Shown one piece after another: positions 27,152-36,538 of a stretch of 62,149 bases of DNA (positions within the stretch are counted from its first letter, which is position 1; every line of letters starts with the position of its first letter). The translations under genes were made by a program, and so were the position numbers. The notes under the pieces are model-generated. The model searched no databases. It saw nothing but the letters and a program-made list of their open reading frames with translations, and had not been told where the DNA came from. The stretch lies in IMG/VR virus record IMGVR_UViG_3300020027_000007, positions 1 through 62,149 of that record. One strand, 5' to 3'. Source of the stretch: a virus. Taxonomy: Duplodnaviria > Caudoviricetes.

Positions 27152-27354
27152 GTCTCTCCCCCACGCTATATATAACACTTATCGCGTGAGAGATGAGAGA
27201 GAAATATCTATATATATAGGGTCTGGTTTAAGTACCTCTGGGAAGTCTAGGGTGGTTGAATTGTTCGGAGTATTTCGATATGGGGAAGGGGGCATATCAA
27301 GGGTAAGCTAGTGCATAGATTTATCGTCCATCGACATTAGCCAGGGAGGCTCTC
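27152..27354. promoter_or_regulatory. AT-rich non-coding region at the replication/packaging boundary (candidate promoter, pac or origin element)
   Basis: ctatatata (27166-27174) and tatatatag (27211-27219) IR flanking GA tracts; strongly AT-rich against the genome background. Confidence 0.5.
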
Positions 27355-27837
27355 GTGCTTGAGGACTCGGAGTTTGGTGGGCACGCTGGGCTTATTCAGC
27401 CGCCCCCGCACAGCACACTTAGCAGCGCACGGGAACAGCTCATGCTGGTGTATGGAACAGACCCGTGGGACGACGCCCAGGGCACAGACGCCGTGCTAGC
27501 GCTCGTTCTAGCGGGAAAGTATCCATCCGTCCCTACACAGGCTCCAGCTGAGATTCTTCCTCTTCAGCCAGAGGTGCTGATGGTTGCCCTTAGCAACGTC
27601 GGGACGACCGTGCAGTTCGTGGGCGTAGGCAGCATGGATTTGCGTCGGGCCCGCATCAAGATCTCTCCGGATGCCAGCATGATCCCGCACACGTTCGGAC
27701 CGGAGAAGGAATACTCTTTGTCTCCAATGCACGTCGTCCAACTGGAGGTTGGGTCTATTGCCCCCGGCCACTACTGGGTTCAGGTCCTGATGAACAACAT
27801 TCAGGTCACTGATGTGTGGGAGGTTGACGTTGTCTGA
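27355..27837 (+). CDS. Hypothetical protein
   Basis: GGGAGG RBS; beta-rich C-terminus. Confidence 0.65.
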   Translation: MLEDSEFGGHAGLIQPPPHSTLSSAREQLMLVYGTDPWDDAQGTDAVLALVLAGKYPSVPTQAPAEILPLQPEVLMVALSNVGTTVQFVGVGSMDLRRARIKISPDASMIPHTFGPEKEYSLSPMHVVQLEVGSIAPGHYWVQVLMNNIQVTDVWEVDVV

Positions 27838-28579
27838 AGCAACTAAGGCCGCTCGTCGTCGTCGCAAGATCCGGGCAGGCCAGTGGATCCGCAACATGAC
27901 GCAAGACGAGTACGTGGGCTACCTCGCCGCGTGTGACCTGCTGGGGCTGGGCGTACGCAACATAGACGGCACGGTGGCAGCTCCGGCACCGACCAATGTC
28001 ACGAGCCTGTTCCCGGTGGGGCAGAACGTTGGTGGCATCGTGCCTGAGGGTGGTGACAGCAAGCCAGGTAATACGGACACACGCGTACGCGGGCGGCTGA
28101 AGCCTATTCGGCTGGGCAAGCGCTGGTCTGAAATCATGGACCGGATTGCCGACAAGGAATACACCTGGGATGAGTTTGTCGCCACGCTCTCTCCAGAAGA
28201 GCTTGCCCGAGGCATGCTTCGTGACAAGCACGGCAGCTTTACCGGCAGGCCACCGAGCATCGTCCCGCGTGCCTTTCATGATGCTTGCATTAGGGAACTA
28301 CTCGGACGTGGGCGCATCCTTTACAAGGAGAACTACATCGCCGCTATTGAGGCGATGACGGCCATTGCTCAGAACCCCAACGCCAAGGAGAGCGACCGCA
28401 TCAAAGCCGCTACCTTCGTCATTGAACGCCTTGAAGGTAAGGTGCCTGACAAGCTGGAGGTCAGTGCGGCCGACCCATGGCAGCAGATCATCAGCGGCAT
28501 TGTGGCCCAGGTCGACGACGAACAGGTCGCACGTACGCAGGAGTACCTTAGCCGCCGAGGGGAAGACGCTAGCTTGTAG
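27830..28579 (+). CDS. Putative terminase small subunit
   Basis: EELARGMLRDKHGSFTGRPP...DRIKAATFVIERLEGK resembles actinophage small terminases as I recall them; upstream of the large terminase. Confidence 0.6.
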   Translation: MSEATKAARRRRKIRAGQWIRNMTQDEYVGYLAACDLLGLGVRNIDGTVAAPAPTNVTSLFPVGQNVGGIVPEGGDSKPGNTDTRVRGRLKPIRLGKRWSEIMDRIADKEYTWDEFVATLSPEELARGMLRDKHGSFTGRPPSIVPRAFHDACIRELLGRGRILYKENYIAAIEAMTAIAQNPNAKESDRIKAATFVIERLEGKVPDKLEVSAADPWQQIISGIVAQVDDEQVARTQEYLSRRGEDASL

Positions 28580-28630
28580 CAACGAACGTTCGCACCGCTA
28601 GACTGAAGGCTTCAACGAAGGAGGGCACAC

Positions 28631-28978
28631 ATGACACTGTTGGTCAAGGAGCTACAGGCCAAGCTGAAAGAGGCTGGCCTCAGAGCGCAGGCCATGTCGC
28701 TTACGTACGAGCGACGCATCGCTGCACAGAAGGACATCATCACCCGGCTTGTGCAGAGCCGAGAGTTGCCGGACCAGACCGCCTGGAACGACCTCGCCAT
28801 GCACCAAGCCGAGACAGCTGACGAGCTGCTGTTGCACAAGGCAACGACTCAGAAGATCATCGACCTCGTTCGGGCTGAGGAAGGTGCATCGGTGCTATCG
28901 GTGGCGTTGCTGGAGGCAATCATTCAGGAGGGTGCTGAGCAGGAGAAGCTGCGTCGGGAGGCCTTCCGTAATGGCTGA
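28631..28978 (+). CDS. Hypothetical helical protein
   Basis: AAGGAGGG RBS. Confidence 0.7.
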   Translation: MTLLVKELQAKLKEAGLRAQAMSLTYERRIAAQKDIITRLVQSRELPDQTAWNDLAMHQAETADELLLHKATTQKIIDLVRAEEGASVLSVALLEAIIQEGAEQEKLRREAFRNG

Positions 28979-29312
28979 AGCAACGCCGACAGAGTCTCGT
29001 CCTTCGTTCGCCTGCTTCTCCACTTGTCGTTGGTGCGGTGGGAAGGTGCAGCGAGACTCCATGGTGTCCTCTACGTGGTACCACCGCATCCAGAAGGGTG
29101 GACATGCGAAGACGATGTGTGAAGCGACCGACCTCAGCGCGCACTTCGTCAAGCTGGTTCAGTTGCGCATAGCAACTGCTGACGCGTACGACGAGGACAC
29201 GCACATGGACGGCGCACCGAAACAGTTCAGATGGGGCGAGAGGCAACGAGCTTTAGAAGAGCTGGCCGATTGGTGCGTGGAAAACGTTGAGTTCGTGGTG
29301 CGCAATGGCTGA
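28971..29312 (+). CDS. Hypothetical protein with CxxC...H...C motif
   Basis: GGAGG RBS; CRWCG...WYH...MC. Confidence 0.65.
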   Translation: MAEATPTESRPSFACFSTCRWCGGKVQRDSMVSSTWYHRIQKGGHAKTMCEATDLSAHFVKLVQLRIATADAYDEDTHMDGAPKQFRWGERQRALEELADWCVENVEFVVRNG

Positions 29313-29460
29313 CGGAGAAGAGGAGTACGGCATTGACCCAATTGCCGAAGGCAACGACTACGACTTCGAAGATGCTGTACAATCCTGGGTTGCCGCAGAG
29401 ATGACGGAGTACGGCGTCGACGGTGGCAACTGGCCCAACGTAACGGAGGTAACGGAATGA
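29305..29460 (+). CDS. Small acidic protein (51 aa, not in ORF track)
   Basis: MADGEEEYGIDPIAEGNDYDFEDAVQSW...; overlaps neighbours at start and stop. Confidence 0.55.
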   Translation: MADGEEEYGIDPIAEGNDYDFEDAVQSWVAAEMTEYGVDGGNWPNVTEVTE

Positions 29461-29786
29461 GCGAGCCCGAGGTAGAAGTAGAGCCGGTAGACCCGCGTCA
29501 CGAGGACATCCCGGCTCCGGTAGATGCCTTTGACAACGATGAGCAGATGCTGAAGGATGCCCGCAAGACGTTGCCGCGTGGGCACTGCAAGAGCCTCCTC
29601 GTGGCCGACTTCGAAGGGCAGCGTGGCGTCGTCAAGTGTGTTGCCAAGGGCAAGGGTCACGACATGCACGAGGCCGCCACCGGGGACAAGTGGTTCCTCA
29701 AGGAGGACGGCCACTGGGGTGCCGACATTGTGGACCTCTCCAACATCAACACCGTTGGCGCTGGACCGCGTCCCATCGATGCCTAA
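29457..29786 (+). CDS. Hypothetical protein (C...C...H..H)
   Basis: GGAGG RBS, ATGA coupling. Confidence 0.65.
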   Translation: MSEPEVEVEPVDPRHEDIPAPVDAFDNDEQMLKDARKTLPRGHCKSLLVADFEGQRGVVKCVAKGKGHDMHEAATGDKWFLKEDGHWGADIVDLSNINTVGAGPRPIDA

Positions 29787-30204
29787 GGCAACTGTCACTG
29801 ACCCGGCTCCGAAAGGTGGCAAGCAACCTGCCCCTCGGCCGGTCAGTGTCAAGGTGCTGTTCCAGACATACGCAGTCATCTGGATGCGGGATGACATCTG
29901 GCGGGGCTGTGACCTGACCAGCAACGACAACATCGGAGAGCACAATCCGGTGCTCGGCACGATGCGCATCCGATTGGTGCCTGGGGCAACGGAGAACTAT
30001 CTTCGCGAGACGCTGTTGCACGAAATCTTGCACTCCTGCTGGGCCATGAGCGACCTGAACGAAAAGCCGTTACCTGCAGACGAAGACCAGGAGGAGAACA
30101 TCATTGCTCGTGTCTCCCATCTCCTGGCCACCATCATCCTGGACAACCCCGACGTGTTCGCCTACATCGGCGCGCAACTCTACAAGAAGAAGGCACCGCA
30201 ATGA
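29779..30204 (+). CDS. Small HExxH zinc metallopeptidase-like protein
   Basis: RETLLHEILH followed by EENII. Confidence 0.72.
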   Translation: MPKATVTDPAPKGGKQPAPRPVSVKVLFQTYAVIWMRDDIWRGCDLTSNDNIGEHNPVLGTMRIRLVPGATENYLRETLLHEILHSCWAMSDLNEKPLPADEDQEENIIARVSHLLATIILDNPDVFAYIGAQLYKKKAPQ

Positions 30205-30563
30205 ACGGACCCGATAACCCGTACCCCGCCGATCCCGAGCCCGTGTACGAAGCAGAGCTGGTCAGCGACAACGTCGTCATGGTCAACGTCAGTGGCCGAG
30301 CAGACGAACCCTTGTGGGTACAGGCCAACGAGGTCGCTGCCGTCGGCGTGCGCGGCAAGGACGACAGCATGCTCGTGCTTCGCGGTTCGGGCATGCAGCT
30401 CATTGCCAAGGGCACCCATCCCAACGAAGTCGTTCAGCTGCTGTGCGACTCCACCACCACCGTGCACAGGAATTGGGATGACGCGCCGGGTCAACGCATG
30501 TGGCAGGAGGCCGACGCCATCGCCGAGGCAGGCACACTGCCCGGGGACCAGCGGCAGGTCTAA
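30201..30563 (+). CDS. Hypothetical protein
   Basis: ATGA coupling. Confidence 0.65.
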   Translation: MNGPDNPYPADPEPVYEAELVSDNVVMVNVSGRADEPLWVQANEVAAVGVRGKDDSMLVLRGSGMQLIAKGTHPNEVVQLLCDSTTTVHRNWDDAPGQRMWQEADAIAEAGTLPGDQRQV

Positions 30564-30796
30564 TGCCGTACTGGCTGACGAGTCGCGACGTGTACGAGGA
30601 GAACGATGACCTTGTACTCGTCGCGCACGTTAGACCAACGAACGACGGCTCGCACATAGCCGACAGATACGGCCAGTGCTGGTGCGTACTGCGCAAAGAA
30701 CTCCGGGTGTGGCCCCAGGGGCGGCACTACCGCAAAACCGTTCTATACATACATCTCTACGACGGGGACAACGATGAGCATCGTCAAGGCATCTGA
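30563..30796 (+). CDS. Hypothetical protein (H...H...CWC...H)
   Basis: TAATG coupling; AHVRPTNDGSH...CWC. Confidence 0.55.
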   Translation: MPYWLTSRDVYEENDDLVLVAHVRPTNDGSHIADRYGQCWCVLRKELRVWPQGRHYRKTVLYIHLYDGDNDEHRQGI

Positions 30797-31217
30797 CGAC
30801 CTGAACACGGTAGTCGTGCGCATCCTGCGTGACGCCACCCTCCGCTCCTCCTGCCGCAGGCGACAGGTCGGTGCCGCTCTATTCGATGCCCATGGCAACC
30901 TTCTTTCGGTGGGATGGAACAATGAACGAGACGATGCCCACGGTGCCACCCGCAACTGTTCGCACGGTGAGTGTCCTCGCGGGATGGTTGCCTACAGCAC
31001 CGTTCCGGCAGACGCTCCGTACGGCGATTGCATCGCTCAGCATGCTGAGATGATGGCTCTGGAACTAGCCCACCATCACTTCAAGCACATGACCGAGGCG
31101 GAGAAGGAACGGGACCTGCGAACGCTGCTAATGTTCGTTACACACCGTCCTTGCCACGAGTGCACTCCAGTATTGGTTGCCCTTGGCATCAATGTGACTT
31201 ACTTGGAGGAACTGTGA
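30774..31217 (+). CDS. dCMP deaminase (cytidine deaminase family)
   Basis: RSSCRRRQVGA, GWN, CIAQHAE, PCHEC. Confidence 0.88.
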   Translation: MSIVKASDDLNTVVVRILRDATLRSSCRRRQVGAALFDAHGNLLSVGWNNERDDAHGATRNCSHGECPRGMVAYSTVPADAPYGDCIAQHAEMMALELAHHHFKHMTEAEKERDLRTLLMFVTHRPCHECTPVLVALGINVTYLEEL

Positions 31218-31360
31218 GCAACCGGCCTGAAATCAAAGAGGGCGTGAACAAGGGCAGACGAGTGTATTGGTTCTGGTGCCCTCGCTGCGGTAGTAGCCCG
31301 GAGCACCCATCCAAGGCCGGTGCCAACGGGGACAAGAAACGACACAAGTGCGATGCCTAG
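31214..31360 (+). CDS. Small zinc-finger protein
   Basis: GGAGG RBS; WCPRCG...HKC. Confidence 0.55.
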   Translation: MSNRPEIKEGVNKGRRVYWFWCPRCGSSPEHPSKAGANGDKKRHKCDA

Positions 31361-32816
31361 CCTTGTCATTGCTAAGGACCGGCTATGGCCTGCATTGAAC
31401 TACCGCCCGCATCCAGGGCAGGTGCCGATTCACAAGAGCTCCGCACGAAACAAGGTGAATGCGGCCGGAAGACGGTTCGGTAAGTCTCAGGTTGGCGGGC
31501 ACGAGCTGACTCCTGAAGCCTACCGGGCATACATGAACCGGGACCTGCTGAAGGAGCTCGGCATCCGGATGGAGTTCTGGATTGTCGGCCCCAACTACAC
31601 CGATGCGGAGAAGGAGTTCCGCGTTATCTACAACGACTGCAAGCGCTTGAAGATGCCGTTCGACCGACCTGGCACTTACAACGACAGTCGCGCGGGAAAC
31701 ATGCAAATCTCGTTGTGGGGCGGCAGCTTTCTCATTCAGGCTAAGAGCGCAGCTCACCCGGAAAGCCTTGTAGGTGAAGGACTTCACGGTGTCGTCATGG
31801 CTGAGGCGGCCAAGATGAAGGCGTCGGTGTGGACCAAGTTCGTACGACCTACCCTCGCCGACTTCAAAGGCTGGTCTTTGTGGAACAGCACACCTGAGGG
31901 CAAGAACCACTTTCACGACATGTGGCAGCTCGGGCAGGACCCGTCCAACCCAGACTGGGAGAGCTGGAAGAACCCCAGTTGGATGAACACCTTCGTGTTT
32001 AGGGGCGGCGCTAGCGATGCAGCGTTAGCTGCTCTCAAGGACAAAGAACACCGGCCTCCGTACAGCCGTGAAGATATCCTTGCCATGGGCATCGATGAAG
32101 AGATCGTCTCCATGTACTACGACCTCGGCCCATTGATGTTCGCTCAGGAAGTTGAATGCTCGTTCAGTGAGTACACCGGGCGCGTGTACTACGACTACGA
32201 CGAGGAAGTCCATGTCAAGACATTGGAGTACAACCCTAGCCGACCGTTGTTCGTGGCAACGGACTATGGCTTCACCAATCCGAACGTCGCTCTCTTCATT
32301 CAGACTGACGTCTTCGATAACGTCTACGTATTGGCTGAGTACTACCAGACGCACCGCACCGACCACGAGTTCGCGACGGATATTCTCGAAGACCCCCGAT
32401 TGGGGCCTTTGGCAAGGGCTGCTTCTCTGCTCTTCCCAGACCCTGAGGACCCCGGTGCATCAGCCGTCCTTTCAAACCAGTGGAAGGTCAACAGCCAAGG
32501 CAACACAGGCGGACCACTGAAGGACCGCATCAACATCATCCGTAGGTGGATGAAGATTCAGAACGTGCACCTGCCGTTCAACCACCCGGAGCGTGTGCCC
32601 AAGCTGTTCATCGATAGGAGCTGTAGGCACCTAATGTACGAGATGGACGCCTACCGCTACCCGCAGGACGCCAGTGAGGTCAAGGAAGCACCGGAGAACC
32701 CACTCAAGAAGGACGACCATGCGCCGGAGGCCTTGAGTCGGTTCTTTGGCGGCTACTATGGAACCAGCGCAATCACCGGCAGGCCTCGTCAGCGGCGAGC
32801 CAAAGTTCAAAGTTAG
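31353..32816 (+). CDS. Terminase large subunit
   Basis: PHPGQ, AGRRFGKS Walker A, VVMAEAA Walker B-like, STPEG, TDYG nuclease Asp, DDHAPEA; directly precedes portal. Confidence 0.93.
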   Translation: MPSLVIAKDRLWPALNYRPHPGQVPIHKSSARNKVNAAGRRFGKSQVGGHELTPEAYRAYMNRDLLKELGIRMEFWIVGPNYTDAEKEFRVIYNDCKRLKMPFDRPGTYNDSRAGNMQISLWGGSFLIQAKSAAHPESLVGEGLHGVVMAEAAKMKASVWTKFVRPTLADFKGWSLWNSTPEGKNHFHDMWQLGQDPSNPDWESWKNPSWMNTFVFRGGASDAALAALKDKEHRPPYSREDILAMGIDEEIVSMYYDLGPLMFAQEVECSFSEYTGRVYYDYDEEVHVKTLEYNPSRPLFVATDYGFTNPNVALFIQTDVFDNVYVLAEYYQTHRTDHEFATDILEDPRLGPLARAASLLFPDPEDPGASAVLSNQWKVNSQGNTGGPLKDRINIIRRWMKIQNVHLPFNHPERVPKLFIDRSCRHLMYEMDAYRYPQDASEVKEAPENPLKKDDHAPEALSRFFGGYYGTSAITGRPRQRRAKVQS

Positions 32817-32824
32817 GAGCTCGC

Positions 32825-34360
32825 ATGGCTACCGGAGTGTTCACTCCCTACAGCACCATTGCGCCGTACTTCGGCGTCCTCCCGAGCTGGGTTCGCCCTC
32901 AGGACCAGGAGCGCATCGCCAGCTACCAGATGTACGAAGAGATTTATTGGAACAACCCCGAGTCGTTCAAGCTCGTGCTGAGAGGCACGGAGAACAAGGC
33001 GATCTACATCCCCTCGGGCCGCACCATCATCGAGACCGCCAACCGGTATGTCGGCAAGGCATTGCGTTGGCGTCCGCTTGAGAACGCTGGCAGCACGTCC
33101 GACCAGGACAACCTGATGCTTGCCTTCAGCAACCTGTTCATGCGAGAAGCCTTCGCCAGTAAGTACAACTCGAACAAGCGCTTCGGCATGATCCGGGGCG
33201 ACTGGGTGTTCCACGTCACCGGCGACGACCAGAAGGCTGAGGGCGAACGGCTTTCCATTCACGCCGTGGACCCGGCCAGCTACTTCCCCATCTACGAGGA
33301 CGAGCTCGTACTGGGCGGCAACCCGAACCGCATCGTGCGCGTGCACCTCGCCGAGCAGTTCCTGGACACGCTGGGCAAGCTCGGCAGTGTCGGAAAAGCC
33401 TACGTGCGCAGGCAGACGTACAACGTGTTGGAGAACGGGTCCATTGAGAGCAGCACCCTCATTGCTGACCCGGACAAGTGGTTCGACGATGCCAAGGCGG
33501 GCACGCTGTATGAGATCAAGCCGTTCGTCCTGGACCCCCTCATCACCAAAATCCCGGTGTTCCACATCCGCAACTTCGATGAGCCGGGGAACCCCTTTGG
33601 TTCAAGCGAGATGCGGGGCGTGGAGCGGCTCATGGCCGCTATCAACCAGGCCGTAAGCGACACGGATATCGCGTTGGCGTTGGAGGGGCTGGGCATCTAT
33701 ACCACTGAGAGCGGTGGCCCGGTGAACGAAGCCGGTGAGGACGTTGACTGGATTATCGGCCCTGGCCGTGTCATCGAAAACGTCAAGGACTTCAAGCGGG
33801 TCAACGGCATCAGCACCGTAAAGCCCAGCCAGGACCACGTCCTTCTCCTCGACAGGTTTATGAAGGAAGCCTCGGGCACCCCAGACGCAGCGGTCGGCAA
33901 GATCGACGTGCAGGTAGCCGAAAGCGGCATCGCGTTGGCGTTGGAGCTCGCCCCCATCATCAGTAAGGCCACCGAGAAAGACACCATCATTCTGGACACG
34001 TTGGCGCAGATGGCGTACAACATCTCCACGATGTGGTTCCCGGTCTACGAAGGCCTCAACTTCGGAGATGCGCGCCTGCTGCCGGTGCTGAACGAGGCCG
34101 ACAAGCTTCCCAAGAACCGACCTGCCATCATCACTGAAGTGACCACCATGATGATGACGGACCCACCGTTGCTGTCGGCAACAACCGGTCGACAGATTCT
34201 CGCTCAGGAGCTGGGGATTCCCTTTGCCAGCAACGAGTTGACTCTCATCATCCAGGAGCAGGCAGCGCTGCTTGAGGCCGCCCCCTCGGCCTCGGCCTCC
34301 GCAGATGAGGACCGAGTAAACGCGGAGGCTGGAGATGGCAGCTCCGACACCGCTGAATAG
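32825..34360 (+). CDS. Portal protein
   Basis: 511 aa after terminase; FGSSE, ESGIALALEL motifs of SPP1-like portals. Confidence 0.88.
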   Translation: MATGVFTPYSTIAPYFGVLPSWVRPQDQERIASYQMYEEIYWNNPESFKLVLRGTENKAIYIPSGRTIIETANRYVGKALRWRPLENAGSTSDQDNLMLAFSNLFMREAFASKYNSNKRFGMIRGDWVFHVTGDDQKAEGERLSIHAVDPASYFPIYEDELVLGGNPNRIVRVHLAEQFLDTLGKLGSVGKAYVRRQTYNVLENGSIESSTLIADPDKWFDDAKAGTLYEIKPFVLDPLITKIPVFHIRNFDEPGNPFGSSEMRGVERLMAAINQAVSDTDIALALEGLGIYTTESGGPVNEAGEDVDWIIGPGRVIENVKDFKRVNGISTVKPSQDHVLLLDRFMKEASGTPDAAVGKIDVQVAESGIALALELAPIISKATEKDTIILDTLAQMAYNISTMWFPVYEGLNFGDARLLPVLNEADKLPKNRPAIITEVTTMMMTDPPLLSATTGRQILAQELGIPFASNELTLIIQEQAALLEAAPSASASADEDRVNAEAGDGSSDTAE

Positions 34361-35222
34361 GTACACGAAGGTGCAGCAGGCAACCAATCGTGAGCTTGCT
34401 GCCATGCTCAAAGACGCTGCTGACGAGGCAGAGCGCATGATCCTGCGGCTGGGCAAGAAGAAGGGGTCGGCAGCGGTAGTACGGCGGGCCCAGCTTGGCG
34501 GACTTCTCAAGGAATTGCGCAAGCAGCAGGCGGCTCTCTGGGGATCGGTGTCCAAGGCAACTGAGATGGGGATGTATCGTGCCGGGGAAGCTGCTGCAGA
34601 GGCAGAGATTGCGACGAATCGGTACCTGTTCAACAAAGCAGGCGTCGTCATGGCGGATTTCGACGAGGCTATGCGCATTCAGGCGCAAACTAACATCGCT
34701 CATGTCGTTGCCAGAGGCGCCAATGACATTCCTCTGTCGCGTCAGGTGTACCGCAGCAGTGTGTGGAGCAAGAAGCTTGTTGACAAAGCCATCAACCGTG
34801 CGCTATTGCTGGGTTTTGGCTGGGAAGAGCTTGCAGCCAGCGTCAAGGGGCTTATCAACCCGGCCACTCCAGGAGGTACGGCGTATGCAGCCAAGCGACT
34901 CGCCCGAACGGAGCTGAACAATGCCTTCCATCGCACCCAGATCGACCTCAGAAAAGGGGATCCCTGGTCCGAAGGGTTCCAGTGGCATCTTTCTGGGTCG
35001 CATCCCCGACCTGACAAGTGCAATGACTATGCCAGTGGTGTTCATGTGCGGGGTGGTGAGCCGGGAGTCTTTGGAACTGGCAATGTTCCAGGAAAGCCGC
35101 ACCCGCAATGCCTCTGTTTCCTCACAACGGTGACCATTGGAGTAGATGATTTCATTGACAAGATGGCACGCGGAGATTTCGATAGTTTCATCGAAGAGAA
35201 GATTGATACATACGGCGTTTAG
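34335..35222 (+). CDS. MuF/gp7-like minor head protein
   Basis: RLARTELNNAFH, WHLSGSH...C, PHPQCLC. Confidence 0.8.
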   Translation: MAAPTPLNRYTKVQQATNRELAAMLKDAADEAERMILRLGKKKGSAAVVRRAQLGGLLKELRKQQAALWGSVSKATEMGMYRAGEAAAEAEIATNRYLFNKAGVVMADFDEAMRIQAQTNIAHVVARGANDIPLSRQVYRSSVWSKKLVDKAINRALLLGFGWEELAASVKGLINPATPGGTAYAAKRLARTELNNAFHRTQIDLRKGDPWSEGFQWHLSGSHPRPDKCNDYASGVHVRGGEPGVFGTGNVPGKPHPQCLCFLTTVTIGVDDFIDKMARGDFDSFIEEKIDTYGV

Positions 35223-35248
35223 TCGGTCTTTGTTCCTCCTTTTCTATG

Positions 35249-35265
35249 TGTAGAATGTCTTCCAA
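35249..35265 (+). promoter_or_regulatory. Candidate late promoter motif TGTAGAATGTCTTCCAA
   Basis: TAGAAT -10-like box upstream of the scaffold; near-identical copy at 40177-40192. Confidence 0.5.
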
Positions 35266-35292
35266 GCAGCCAACACATTCCTGGAGGACACC

Positions 35293-36096
35293 GTGAGTCA
35301 GAGGCTCGCGCAAGACGCCATCGAAACAAGGGTTCCAGTCCGACACTCCAACGACTGGTTCTCATTCCCCTTGTTCTTCCACCCGAAGACCGGGCGACCG
35401 ATCTTCCCGGTGGGTGGCGCATCCCCTGACGACGACGGCGGAGAAGGTGGCACCGGTGGTGCTGGCGGAACCGGCGGGTCGGGCTCTGAGGGCCAAGGTG
35501 GGGAAGGCGGTACCGGCAGTGGTGATGCTGGTGCCGGAGGCAACAAAGACGGTGACGACGGCAAGAAGGTCGTCACCAAAGAAGAGTACGACAAGATCAT
35601 GGAGCGCATGCAGGCTGCCGACCGTAACCGGGCGGCCGTCGAGAAGCAGCTGAAAGAGCTGCAGGAGAAGGACCTGACGGAGCAGGAGAAGGTCCTCAAG
35701 CGCGTTCCGGAGCTTGAAGCAACGGTGGCCGAACTCACCACCGAGAACAAGGGGCTCAAGGCAAAGGTCGCCTTCCTGGGTCTCGACGGGTTCTCGTGGC
35801 ACGAGCCGGACATCGCCCTCGGTCAGGTGGACCTCAGCGAGGTTCTCAAGGACGACGGCGAGACCATCGACAAGGCTAAGCTCAAGAAGGAAGCGGAACG
35901 TCTCGCCAAAGACAAGCCCTTCTTGGTCAAGGCTGTGAAGGATGACGACAAGGGTGGCAAGGGTGGCTCGAACGGTGCCGGTGGCAACGGTCAAGGCTCC
36001 AGTGGTTCCGGCGTCGGCAGTGGCACGGGCGGTGCGGGCAGCAACAGCGGCCTCTCCGACGAAGCGCTGCGCAAGAAGTACCCAGCCCTGAACTAG
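35293..36096 (+). CDS. Capsid scaffolding protein
   Basis: GGAGG RBS; Gly-rich linker, coiled coil, KPFL motif; between MuF and capsid genes. Confidence 0.82.
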   Translation: MSQRLAQDAIETRVPVRHSNDWFSFPLFFHPKTGRPIFPVGGASPDDDGGEGGTGGAGGTGGSGSEGQGGEGGTGSGDAGAGGNKDGDDGKKVVTKEEYDKIMERMQAADRNRAAVEKQLKELQEKDLTEQEKVLKRVPELEATVAELTTENKGLKAKVAFLGLDGFSWHEPDIALGQVDLSEVLKDDGETIDKAKLKKEAERLAKDKPFLVKAVKDDDKGGKGGSNGAGGNGQGSSGSGVGSGTGGAGSNSGLSDEALRKKYPALN

Positions 36097-36136
36097 GTCT
36101 GGCCCTCAGAGCTCAACGAAAGAAGGTGAACTCCGA

Positions 36137-36538
36137 ATGGCACGTTACGACAAGTACGAGCCGTTGTCCGGTGGTCATCGCGCTCCCCTCGCTGCTGATT
36201 GGCTCGAAGCCGACCTGAACAAGGTCATTGGCGTCGGCCTGAACGGCAGCGGGCAGGTTGTCAAGGGAGCCGGTAACACTGGAGTCATCGGCGCGCTCGT
36301 CCTGACGAAGATCGTCAAGGCGGGCAAGGTGGTCGACGTCATGCAGGACGGCGAGATCGTCGAGATGAACATCAACCACGCCGGTATCGTTGCCGGTACC
36401 AACTACTACTTCGACGCGGCGGGTGCCTTGACGGCAGTTGTCCCGGCGTCCGGAGTCAACGGGGTTCGCGCCGGGTACACGTGTGAGGCCACTCGCCTCA
36501 TCGTCCGTTGCGGCTTCACCCAGGGAGCTGGTCTGTGA
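36137..36538 (+). CDS. Capsid decoration / minor capsid protein
   Basis: 133-aa beta-rich protein between scaffold and capsid; VVDVMQDGEI motif. Confidence 0.7.
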   Translation: MARYDKYEPLSGGHRAPLAADWLEADLNKVIGVGLNGSGQVVKGAGNTGVIGALVLTKIVKAGKVVDVMQDGEIVEMNINHAGIVAGTNYYFDAAGALTAVVPASGVNGVRAGYTCEATRLIVRCGFTQGAGL

